Shown here piece by piece: positions 56,031 through 64,000 of a stretch of 64,000 nucleotides of DNA; positions within the stretch are counted from its first letter, which is position 1; each line of letters begins with the position of its first letter. The DNA lies in the IMG/VR virus record IMGVR_UViG_3300022401_000003, positions 1,250 to 65,249 of that record. One strand, written 5' to 3'. A model generated the notes under the pieces. That model saw only the letters and a program-made list of their open reading frames with translations, ran no database searches and was not told the origin of the DNA. Source of the DNA: a virus (lineage: Duplodnaviria > Caudoviricetes). The position numbers and the translations under genes are program-made.

Positions 56031-56069
56031 CTTCATTATTAACCTTAAATCTAACTATGAGAAACAAAA

Positions 56070-58760
56070 TCATCGTACTTGGTTTGTCATACGTGGCTCA
56101 TATACTACTGTGCAACCGTATATGCTTTCGCCCCTATCGAACTTGCATACAAGGGCAAGACGGAACGCCTTGTACGGTGTACCTCTGAAACCTCGCATAA
56201 TCTTATCTACGCTGCTCCATACGGTATGCCAATGTATGAGGTCGTTGGAGCCATACAGCACCTGCTGAACGTGTGTAGAACGGAACATACCACGCTGAAT
56301 AATGGTGTTGATTGTCTTGAACATATTGGGGTCGTCAATCTTGAACGGTCGTGTGATGATGAGTGCTGTGATGTTCTCTGCCACAGGCTTTGAGAAATCC
56401 ACGAGTTTTGCACCGTCAGCCATTGCAAGGGCTTCGGGATAGGAATTGACGTTATCCACTATGTCGGAACGCATCATACCCCACGTTTGAGACTTCAATG
56501 AATAGACGTAGGCATATCGGACCGCAGGGTTATAAACGATGAGGTGCTGATTGGTGTAGTCGTACACCATTCGGCAGCCTTGCAGAAACTCATTGAACGG
56601 CAGCAGGGTTATATCGGCAAGGGTTACCTGTTCGCTTTCATCGGCTTTCCCATTGAAGATGTTGATTAGTTTGTCGCACTTCGGCAGGTCGGCAATGCTG
56701 AACAGTTCCTCCGTGTTGAGGCGGTCGGATATACATTGTACTGTTGAGCCGCTGATGTGCATAATGCCCCTGTCGGTGGCAAACAGCACGGCACTATCTA
56801 TCTGTGTGATGCTATCGGGATTGATAACGACATCACGTGTGATAGGTTGCTTTGCGGAGTACGTTCCTGTGGCTGATACCTCCAACGCCCACACTCCCTC
56901 CGAGGTGAACGCATAGAGTGGGAACTGTCCGAACTGACCCTCGGACAATGCTTTTGCGGCAGCACAAATGCCGAGAATGTTTCCTGTTCCTACGGTGTTG
57001 ATGCCGAGTACCGGGAAATAGAACGGGTTGTTTACCTCGGAGGTGTAGATTTTGTTGGTAACTTCAATCGTTCTTTCTACATCACTCGACACAGAGGGGA
57101 TACTCGTTGCTTCTGTGCTGACATCGTCCCAACCACCGAAATAGAATGCACCATTCAAGAAATCGTGTTTCTCCAATGGTATATCACTGAAATAGTTGTT
57201 ACGTTCAATGATAGCCTTATACGCATTGGCATTCGGGTAATAGAAGAACAGCAACGGCATATTATATCCAAATTGACCGTATTCACTTCTGACGACAATA
57301 TCTTTACCGTCTTGCTTGATGAACACATAAACGCCAACACTGACTCTAATATCCATCATAGTAGGTGTAGCATCAGACCAATTCGCAACATATCCATCGC
57401 TGTGATTGAATAGCGAATAGGCATTATGACCTCTGAACAGTACTTTTTTCAAGTTTGCCACGTTCAAACGGCTGTTGTATGGAAATGAATACTGCGGTAT
57501 GATTTTATCGTGGCTGTCGTAGTCATCGGTCATAACCTCACGAGTAACGAGCGACTGCAAATAATCCTCCTCAACCGTAATCAATTTGCGCTCCATTGAG
57601 AGCTGTTCAATCTTAATACTTTCGAGGAAGTAGAACTGCGAACAGTTCTTGATGTCGCTTTTCACATCATCGACACTACGGCGAGGGAGCATCAAACGTC
57701 CCGATGGATATGTAAAGGTGCTTGGATTGTATGTAAAGGCATACAACTTGCTGAACTTGTTGAACTGATAACGCAATGGATATGTCGTTGTGCTTGCTGC
57801 TTGATTAGTATGTTTGCATACACAGTAACAATCGCTATTATCCACGTTCTTAAACCCTGTACACTCGCCGTTTTGGTCGTAGGTGTATATTGGTTTGGAT
57901 ATGAATATATCAACCGAGCGTACAATGTCTTTCCAATTCTGAATGTTTGTCAAAGAATACTGATTGACTGCGGCGAAATCGACCTTATGCAACATTCCTA
58001 CAACTTGCAACTTTGCATTTGTGTACGAGCCTTTACCTGTGATATGAGTCCAAAAAACCTGCGGAGCAAGGTCGGAGGAAGCAATCATCAAGATAGGGGC
58101 AGAATGCTTGGTCAATGAGCCGTCATACAAGCGATAGGCGTAACGCAATAGGAATGGATAGATGAACTTCCCCTTATTGGTGGAGTTGTCCGCAATGAAT
58201 TTGTTTACCTTGGCCAACACTTGGCTTGTAACCTTTGTCTTGTTTGCATCGGTAAACTCATTCCATATACTGCCCTCGCTAATACTATCAAAAGAAATCT
58301 CAAATTCGTCCGTTCGTACCATTTCTCCCTGCAAGCCGAAAGACAAGGGACACTCTGGTATTTCTGTACCCAAATACAAATATCCCTCGGAAGTTCCTTT
58401 CCATAGGAAATAGTGCATACCGTCAGAAGCAAGAACGATAAGTGTATTGCCCACTGCCGTTACTTGATAGATAGTCGTTGTAAACGTGCGTAGCGATGCA
58501 GGTGTGTTTGTCTCCTCTCCGTCCCACCATTGCAGTGAGCCGTTTGTTTTGAGAATGATGTAATGCCTAAAATTGGCTGTTTCGTGTATATACTTGACAG
58601 CAGCTCCGCTTTCGAGTTGCAGAACTAATGACGGCGGCAGCACAGGTTTCATTGTGCCGTCCTCCTGTATCAACCCCATTGTGGTAGCCAAGTCGCCATC
58701 GGCACATTCATAGTCCGAGGGATTGGCTGAATATCCGTTGTATTTAATCTCCTTAATCAT
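56070..58760 (-). CDS. Tail tubular protein B/stabilisation protein (P22 gp10-like)
   Basis: 896-aa beta-rich protein with IYTSEVNNPFYF, GQFGQFPLYAFTSEGVWAL and SITQIDSAVLFATDRG motifs. Confidence 0.72.
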   Translation of the reverse strand: MIKEIKYNGYSANPSDYECADGDLATTMGLIQEDGTMKPVLPPSLVLQLESGAAVKYIHETANFRHYIILKTNGSLQWWDGEETNTPASLRTFTTTIYQVTAVGNTLIVLASDGMHYFLWKGTSEGYLYLGTEIPECPLSFGLQGEMVRTDEFEISFDSISEGSIWNEFTDANKTKVTSQVLAKVNKFIADNSTNKGKFIYPFLLRYAYRLYDGSLTKHSAPILMIASSDLAPQVFWTHITGKGSYTNAKLQVVGMLHKVDFAAVNQYSLTNIQNWKDIVRSVDIFISKPIYTYDQNGECTGFKNVDNSDCYCVCKHTNQAASTTTYPLRYQFNKFSKLYAFTYNPSTFTYPSGRLMLPRRSVDDVKSDIKNCSQFYFLESIKIEQLSMERKLITVEEDYLQSLVTREVMTDDYDSHDKIIPQYSFPYNSRLNVANLKKVLFRGHNAYSLFNHSDGYVANWSDATPTMMDIRVSVGVYVFIKQDGKDIVVRSEYGQFGYNMPLLFFYYPNANAYKAIIERNNYFSDIPLEKHDFLNGAFYFGGWDDVSTEATSIPSVSSDVERTIEVTNKIYTSEVNNPFYFPVLGINTVGTGNILGICAAAKALSEGQFGQFPLYAFTSEGVWALEVSATGTYSAKQPITRDVVINPDSITQIDSAVLFATDRGIMHISGSTVQCISDRLNTEELFSIADLPKCDKLINIFNGKADESEQVTLADITLLPFNEFLQGCRMVYDYTNQHLIVYNPAVRYAYVYSLKSQTWGMMRSDIVDNVNSYPEALAMADGAKLVDFSKPVAENITALIITRPFKIDDPNMFKTINTIIQRGMFRSTHVQQVLYGSNDLIHWHTVWSSVDKIMRGFRGTPYKAFRLALVCKFDRGESIYGCTVVYEPRMTNQVR

Positions 58761-59125
58761 AATATATACTTAATGATGATTGGTAATGCTGTTCCGTAGT
58801 GCTGTAACTCGACAGGAGTGCCGCAGCACAAACGCACCTTGTCGCCACCTCCGCACCTTGACATAATGTAACGGCAAAGAGTGATTGATGAGGCTACGCA
58901 ATGGTGTCCGTTCTTGTTGGAGCGGAACACCATACCCTCGTGCTTGCCGACAACAGGCGCACGATGCTTGACGTACAAATAGGTTTCGCCTGTTCCCTCC
59001 ATTATATCAACAACATCGCCGTGTGCCAAGCCAAGCGACTTTGACACACGAGCGGATATGTTGATACGTCCCCCACGATGAAAGGTAATATCAGCCTTGC
59101 GTGTATTTCCTAATATGCTTTGCAT
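58757..59125 (-). CDS. Hypothetical protein
   Basis: Probable start at 59125 (MQSILGNTRKADITF); coupled to the gp10-like gene. Confidence 0.65.
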   Translation of the reverse strand: MQSILGNTRKADITFHRGGRINISARVSKSLGLAHGDVVDIMEGTGETYLYVKHRAPVVGKHEGMVFRSNKNGHHCVASSITLCRYIMSRCGGGDKVRLCCGTPVELQHYGTALPIIIKYIL

Positions 59126-59510
59126 CGGGTCGGTCGAATTGATAATATAACTTACCTTGTGCCGTGCGGCAGACAGAGACTGACAATTTGACACGTTGTG
59201 TGGCATTCAGTCCGTAGTTATAGAGGATATGACCGACAGACGGACAGAGCGTTTCAAATCCGATGCATTGATATTTGTCGTTGTACTGAATATCGCACAT
59301 CTGTGTTGGTTGCTCTATACCGGGATTGGTCATAAATCCAAAACTCTGCTCTACCTTGAACACGAATACACGAGCCTCATCGCCCTCGTGGGCGTTGTCC
59401 TTGATGTGATTGAACAACGCCTTTGAGAGTGTAACAGAGTTATCGGCAGGGTCGGCAATGACGTAGTACCGAAGCGACTGCCACCATTTTTTTACTTTCT
59501 TGAATATCAT
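59091..59510 (-). CDS. Hypothetical protein
   Basis: 139-aa ORF; a TATCTTTG element lies just upstream (59522-59515). Confidence 0.7.
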   Translation of the reverse strand: MIFKKVKKWWQSLRYYVIADPADNSVTLSKALFNHIKDNAHEGDEARVFVFKVEQSFGFMTNPGIEQPTQMCDIQYNDKYQCIGFETLCPSVGHILYNYGLNATQRVKLSVSVCRTAQGKLYYQFDRPDAKHIRKYTQG

Positions 59511-59546
59511 AGCCCAAAGATAAATGATGAACGAAATACAGGCAGT

Positions 59547-59783
59547 TTAACTTTTTACTGCCATTTCTACACTTACCTTACGGGACCGGAACGACACCGT
59601 TTCAACGAAGCGGAACGACAGTGTTGTTTCAATTTCCCTGCGGTGGTTTTCGGCAGCTTCACGAGTGGCGAAGATGTACGAGCAAATTTCCTGTTTGGCT
59701 ACGCCTTTGGTGGCGATGATGTTGGCGTAATACTTACGTCCGAGAAGAAATGCAATGATTTCTGTCAATACTGTTGAGTGCAT
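59547..59783 (-). CDS. Hypothetical protein
   Basis: 78-aa ORF in the operon. Confidence 0.65.
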   Translation of the reverse strand: MHSTVLTEIIAFLLGRKYYANIIATKGVAKQEICSYIFATREAAENHRREIETTLSFRFVETVSFRSRKVSVEMAVKS

Positions 59784-59794
59784 AATAATGTTAT

Positions 59795-59989
59795 TTAATC
59801 GTTAAACAAATTGGTCTGTTTCGGTTGTTGAGGTGTTCCGATGATGTTATTCACACGCTCAATCTCTTTGTCAATCTCGGTTTCGAGAGCCTTGCTGTTA
59901 CGCAGGGCGGTTTGGTTGCGAGTTTTGAAATACTCCTTTTGAGCCTTACGCATAAGGGCAACCTTTTGGAAGAATGTTTTTGCGTCCAT
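59795..59989 (-). CDS. Hypothetical protein
   Basis: MDAKTFFQKVALMRKAQKEYFKTR...; probable start at 59989. Confidence 0.65.
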   Translation of the reverse strand: MDAKTFFQKVALMRKAQKEYFKTRNQTALRNSKALETEIDKEIERVNNIIGTPQQPKQTNLFND

Positions 59990-59990
59990 A

Positions 59991-61529
59991 TCAAGCAGCG
60001 TTCTTAAAGTGTTCTTTGAGTTTGGCACATAGAGCCTCACACCAACGGCGAGCGATGGTAACCTCTACGGCATTGCCGATATACTTCTTTTGCTCCGCCT
60101 GTGTTCCTACCAACACATAATCCTCGGGAAAGCCCATAATCTTTTTGAGTTCGGGAATTTTGAGCATACGCATTGTAATTTCCACAATGCCATACAGAGC
60201 CATAAACTCCTTAATCTTTACCATCATAGGAGTGTCGGTATCGTAGATGCAGTATTTGTAACCTTCTTCGGTAGGAACAATAAAGTCGGGTAACTCGTTG
60301 CTCTGTGTTGAGGCTTCCACGAGGTAAGGCGGCATCTTATCCATTCGGGCAATGAGCGTGAAGCAGGGCTTATCTATGGAACTGCCCTTTGACTTGTATT
60401 GAGGATTGAGAAGAAACCTCTTGACGGTTACCAAAGAAATCTTATCCTTTGTTGTCAATGTAGGAGCAGGCTGTTCGCAAGAACGATTAGAGCCATTACC
60501 ATAGTGGACCGATATAAATGCGTGGTGGTCTTTGCAGGTGATTGCTCCAGCAGGTGCTTCGACCGATACATTTTTGCTCATTGGGTCGCCGCTGAACTGC
60601 TTGGACAGGAACTGTACCTTTGCCAAACCGAGGCGGTTTTGCGTGGCGACAGTTGGGCAAGGCTCATCAATGGACGGAGGTATGTGTTTGCCTGTTCTCT
60701 TATTGACTGAATTGTATTTGACGATAAAGGCTTCTTTGCCCTCGGCAACAAACTTTATCAGCCCTGCGTAGATACGTTCCAATGTAGCCTCAACGAGTGG
60801 CTTTTTGCGCCCGAAGATGCTATCGCCCTCATCATCGAAGTCCAGGCACTCACGCACAGGTCGCCATTTTTCCAATGTCCCGAACAATGAAGATGTACCC
60901 TCCTTGCTGTGTGTGGCTTCGGGGAATGTGATTGGTAAACCTTTCTTGCCGAAGATACCAAAGAAACGTTTGCGTGAGGTGTAAGCACCGTAATCGGCAG
61001 CATTGAGTATGCGATATTCAAAGTTATAGCCATACTTCTTTACATTGCGTACCCAACGTGTGTAACTCTTGCCCTTATCCATTGAAACAGGCTTGCCGTT
61101 CTCATCCACATCACCCCACGACATAAATTCCTCTACGTTTTCTATCTGTATGTAGTCGGGGTTGATTGCTTCGATGTAACGGAACAGGTGTTCAGCGAGT
61201 GTGCGACTATCTGCATCACGAGGCATACCGCCTTTTGCCTTGCTGAAATTGGTACACTCCAACGATGCCCACAGCACTACCAACGCATCGGGGTACTGAC
61301 GGCGGCAACTTTGCAGATGCGTGAGCAATGGCGAGAGTTCCAATGTTCGTATATCCTCGGTGAAGTGCATTGCCTCTGGGTGATTGGCAGCGTGCGAGGC
61401 AATGGCGTTCTTGTCGTGATTGACACAGGCGATAACGGTTGCGCACTGCTTATCATCGAGGCGAGCGGAGTTTACGCCGGAGGAAGTTCCCCCGGCTCCG
61501 CAAAATAGGTCTATGTATAGTAGTTTCAT
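59991..61529 (-). CDS. Orphan C5-cytosine DNA methyltransferase
   Basis: Motif I DLFCGAGG, motif IV ASLECTNFS, motif VI ENV, motif VIII RKRFF, motif X IGNAV. Confidence 0.92.
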   Translation of the reverse strand: MKLLYIDLFCGAGGTSSGVNSARLDDKQCATVIACVNHDKNAIASHAANHPEAMHFTEDIRTLELSPLLTHLQSCRRQYPDALVVLWASLECTNFSKAKGGMPRDADSRTLAEHLFRYIEAINPDYIQIENVEEFMSWGDVDENGKPVSMDKGKSYTRWVRNVKKYGYNFEYRILNAADYGAYTSRKRFFGIFGKKGLPITFPEATHSKEGTSSLFGTLEKWRPVRECLDFDDEGDSIFGRKKPLVEATLERIYAGLIKFVAEGKEAFIVKYNSVNKRTGKHIPPSIDEPCPTVATQNRLGLAKVQFLSKQFSGDPMSKNVSVEAPAGAITCKDHHAFISVHYGNGSNRSCEQPAPTLTTKDKISLVTVKRFLLNPQYKSKGSSIDKPCFTLIARMDKMPPYLVEASTQSNELPDFIVPTEEGYKYCIYDTDTPMMVKIKEFMALYGIVEITMRMLKIPELKKIMGFPEDYVLVGTQAEQKKYIGNAVEVTIARRWCEALCAKLKEHFKNAA

Positions 61530-61687
61530 AACTCGGGATATGTTGCTAATTGATAATCTTCTTTTTCCTTATCTGTTAGGCTATTGTAGCAATCTTCGCA
61601 TAATACAGGGTATCCGTGTTCTTCCTCGAAATATACTCCGCATAATTGGCAACAAAAGCCGTCTATCATATCTTGTGCGATGCTCAT
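61526..61687 (-). CDS. Small zinc-finger protein (53 aa)
   Basis: Manual translation MSIAQDMIDGFCCQLCGVYF...LCEDCY...; overlaps the MTase start codon. Confidence 0.65.
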   Translation of the reverse strand: MSIAQDMIDGFCCQLCGVYFEEEHGYPVLCEDCYNSLTDKEKEDYQLATYPEL

Positions 61688-61688
61688 A

Positions 61689-62155
61689 TCAGTATCTGAA
61701 ATCTGTAAAATGGATTATACCTCCTTTGAAAACTTTGTCCTCCTTTGGGTCTTTGCCGAAAAACCATTCTTTGAAATCCTGCACAGAAAGTCCGTCATTC
61801 TTTGCCAATGTGTAGCAATCTGCATCGAGCCTTCACGACCGTCAATCTTGGCTGTTATGGTGTCGTTGTCGGCGTGGTAGTAGAGTTCCACAGACTGAAC
61901 GCCGATTGGGTTGTGTCGCTGTGCTATCTCCACCTGTGGCGAGTTGTAGGGTTTGCCCGACCATTGACGTATGGAGAGGTAGAATTTACCTCGTTCCATT
62001 TTCTCGGCATTGACTTTCCACAGGTCGTAGTTCCTGCGGATTGTGTGTTTCTTCTCTCCCGAAGCGAGTTTGCTTGTAAAGCCTGTCGGCTCACCTCGGC
62101 GGCTGTGTGTTACCGGGAACACACGTGATAGGGTTATGATGATTTTCTTTTTCAT
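61689..62155 (-). pseudogene. ASCH-like protein interrupted by a 1-bp frameshift
   Basis: KKHTIRRN..W..LSIRQWSGKPYNSPQ in one frame; LAKNDGLSVQDFKEWF...IIHFTDFRY* continues in another frame from about 61831. Confidence 0.7.
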
Positions 62156-62157
62156 AA

Positions 62158-62418
62158 TCAGAAGTAATATCTTTTGTTATAGCATCGGCGAGCACGTGTA
62201 GTTCCTTGCGCACCAAGTTTCCAAATCCTATATGCTTTTTTCAATACATTACAGGCTTTTATATATTGCGCTCTGCTGTATGGGGCTGTTGATGGGCGAA
62301 TTGTAACACTCCAAGTATTTCCACATTGCTTTATGTGGTAGAAAGCAAAACTTTCAAAACTCGCCATCATCGACCTATACACACGGCGGTATATCTTTTT
62401 TGCGATACGTTTCTTCAT
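62158..62418 (-). CDS. Hypothetical basic protein
   Basis: 86-aa ORF in the operon. Confidence 0.55.
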   Translation of the reverse strand: MKKRIAKKIYRRVYRSMMASFESFAFYHIKQCGNTWSVTIRPSTAPYSRAQYIKACNVLKKAYRIWKLGAQGTTRARRCYNKRYYF

Positions 62419-62420
62419 AA

Positions 62421-62678
62421 TCAGTCTATATCTAAATAATATGTTCCTGTTTTAGCCACGAGTGTACATTCTTCGGGCTTGTAATCGTCTAACTCGCTTT
62501 CGGGATAACACACTCCGTCAAAATCATCATTGTAGTACATATTTTCATTTGTTCTATCCAAAGTAATTTCGCTTTTGAGTGATATTTCTTCGCCCCAAGC
62601 ACGAACAGGTTCCTGTTGTTCCTGCTCATTCATCTGTTCTATTTTCTCTTTGAGCATAGCCCAAGTAAGTGATTTCAT
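62421..62678 (-). CDS. Hypothetical acidic protein
   Basis: Probable start at 62678 (MKSLTWAMLKEKI). Confidence 0.6.
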   Translation of the reverse strand: MKSLTWAMLKEKIEQMNEQEQQEPVRAWGEEISLKSEITLDRTNENMYYNDDFDGVCYPESELDDYKPEECTLVAKTGTYYLDID

Positions 62679-62691
62679 AACCGTTCTGAAT

Positions 62692-63114
62692 TTATTGATA
62701 ATACTTATTATAAGCCTCTTGCCACGATGGGTAGTTGGCAAATGTTATTGGCTCATTATCGTGGACGTACTTTGCATTGAGCCGTTGGCAAAGTTCCGTT
62801 GCTTCCTTTTGGGATGCACAGGTTATTGGTTGGTGGAGTTGATGCGTTCCGCTTATGGTACTGACGACAACATCACCGAAGAAGCGGTACAACTCAACAC
62901 CTTTCGTAACGATGTAGCGGTTGAGCGGATGTCCCCAATACGTTAGACGTGTATCGAAGATGATGTAGATGCTATCCGGGTGTTCTTCTCGCCACTTTCG
63001 GAACGCTTGATACATCTTGGTTAAGTCATTATTCCCCATAACAGCAACCATATTGTTAGTATAGTACAGGACAGAATGGAAATGCGAAGTCGTCTTTTCG
63101 CTATTCTGTAACAC
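62692..63114 (-). CDS. Hypothetical protein
   Basis: 140-aa ORF; the true start is probably internal (~63040). Confidence 0.55.
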   Translation of the reverse strand: MLQNSEKTTSHFHSVLYYTNNMVAVMGNNDLTKMYQAFRKWREEHPDSIYIIFDTRLTYWGHPLNRYIVTKGVELYRFFGDVVVSTISGTHQLHQPITCASQKEATELCQRLNAKYVHDNEPITFANYPSWQEAYNKYYQ

Positions 63115-63275
63115 ATCCTGTAATATCGCATATACTTCTCATCACGCATACTGCTCGATTTCTTGTAATCATTCTTGAATGATATATAATAGTCATACTT
63201 AACCATTGCATTAGCATTGCAGTATAGCAGAATTAAAAAAGAGAAAATTGTTAAAGGGAAAAGAATATAAAACAT
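63021..63275 (-). CDS. Small membrane protein
   Basis: N- and C-terminal hydrophobic segments with a basic middle. Confidence 0.5.
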   Translation of the reverse strand: MFYILFPLTIFSFLILLYCNANAMVKYDYYISFKNDYKKSSSMRDEKYMRYYRMCYRIAKRRLRISILSCTILTIWLLLWGIMT

Positions 63276-63502
63276 TATTCACCTCCTTTCTGAAGTAATT
63301 GAGCAAGTTCCTCACTTGGTATATCTGCTTCGGTCTCATATCCTTTTTCAACTGCGTATAAAACGACACGCCTTACTTCGGCATCAGTCATATCACGACC
63401 ATTGACCGAGAAATAACCTCTTAAATTTTTGCGTGGGTGTGCATCCATCCATTTCTTAAATCCACGCATACAGGTTTTTATTTTGAAAGTCTTTGTTCCC
63501 AT
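63275..63502 (-). CDS. Hypothetical protein
   Basis: 75-aa ORF coupled to its neighbours. Confidence 0.6.
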   Translation of the reverse strand: MGTKTFKIKTCMRGFKKWMDAHPRKNLRGYFSVNGRDMTDAEVRRVVLYAVEKGYETEADIPSEELAQLLQKGGE

Positions 63503-63506
63503 AATT

Positions 63507-63896
63507 TTAGTACAATTCTTCTTTTAACAATTCGGGGTTATCGTAAACATTCCCAATGACCTTTTTCGAGCCTGTCCAACGGCTATCATCAAGACCGCAT
63601 ACACCTACAAAATCGTTTTCAATATCGCCATTGAGAGCAGCCATAAACCTACCTTGCTTTTCATTATAGAATATCAAGTGCTTGATACTTGGATTATGGC
63701 AACCTATGACATCACCCTCGTAAATATCCTTGCCGTTCTTGTCGGTTATCCCTGTGAACTGCCCCATAGTCTCGTTTTCTATGTATGCGTTTGCACAGCC
63801 ACCAAACCGAATTAGCAAATATTCATCATCGTGAATGAGGTCTCCGTGATGCCACAGCCCTGCAAAATCACGACCTCGAAATTTAATCGTTCTCAT
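63507..63896 (-). CDS. YopX family protein
   Basis: MRTIKFRG, GQFTGITDKNGKDIYEGD and VIGNVYDNPELL motifs. Confidence 0.92.
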   Translation of the reverse strand: MRTIKFRGRDFAGLWHHGDLIHDDEYLLIRFGGCANAYIENETMGQFTGITDKNGKDIYEGDVIGCHNPSIKHLIFYNEKQGRFMAALNGDIENDFVGVCGLDDSRWTGSKKVIGNVYDNPELLKEELY

Positions 63897-64000
63897 CGTT
63901 GCCTCCTTTCAGTAATTCGGGGTTGTCGTGGATATTGCCGATAACCTCGACATCCAATAGTCTATTTTCATTGTGTATTGCAGGAGTAAGGTCAAAGCCT
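63883..64000 (-). CDS. Second YopX family protein, C-terminal part
   Basis: Manual translation ...EVIGNIHDNPELLKGGNDEND*. Confidence 0.8.
   Translation of the reverse strand, partial: GFDLTPAIHNENRLLDVEVIGNIHDNPELLKGGNDEND

Larger units (their letters stand above)
1..64000. mobile_element. Temperate Bacteroidales phage genome (podovirus-like gene set), apparently excised/circularly permuted, extending beyond both window edges
   Basis: Integrase, repressor, TerL, portal, capsid, ejection, lysis and replication genes present. No host housekeeping genes. TAnnTTTG Bacteroidetes promoter motifs at operon starts. Both edges fall inside minus-strand early phage ORFs. Confidence 0.93.

Noticed and set aside
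1-64000. Second DGR target (additional VR)
   Set aside because: I found no other copy of CGTGTGGTTGGTCGTGG or GGCTCTCGGCTC by eye; a computational search, including outside the window, is needed to exclude one.
1-64000. Stop-codon reassignment as in some gut phages
   Set aside because: Very long ORFs are intact under the standard code and the genes tile the window without gaps.
1-64000. Host chromosomal flanks or attL/attR
   Set aside because: No housekeeping genes are present; both edges are phage early genes and the att site appears as an intact attP.

Overview
The whole window is a temperate Bacteroidales (Bacteroides/Prevotella-type) phage genome. It appears to be in excised or virion form: phage genes flank an intact attP-integrase junction, and no host genes are present. 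Left arm (1-10.3 kb, minus strand): early replication and recombination genes, including a DUF4373-type initiator, DnaC-like loader, SNF2 helicase, exonuclease, RecT, HU and a tRNA-like element. Centre: repressor switch, two membrane cargo genes, attP carrying what looks like the 3' end of host ppdK, a tyrosine integrase and an iteron-rich non-coding region. Then a podovirus-like morphogenesis region split into several divergent operons: ejection proteins including a 5625-aa DarB-like polyvalent protein, portal, TerL, a rhomboid protease, scaffold, a capsid protein with a hydrophobic leader, and a 2647-aa receptor-binding protein. A diversity-generating retroelement follows (VR 49953-50061, TR 50249-50357, RT 50528-51880); all 15 VR/TR mismatches fall at TR adenines. 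Lysis genes, three paralogous tail-ring genes, a tail tube B-like gene, a C5 methyltransferase and small early genes complete the window. Best candidates for something new: (i) a phage rhomboid protease plus a membrane-leader capsid protein with no canonical prohead protease; (ii) two protein-like genes nested in the +1 frame of the giant ejection protein; (iii) an Avd-less DGR whose RT has a fused 110-aa C-terminal domain. All family assignments come from manual motif recognition, not database searches.
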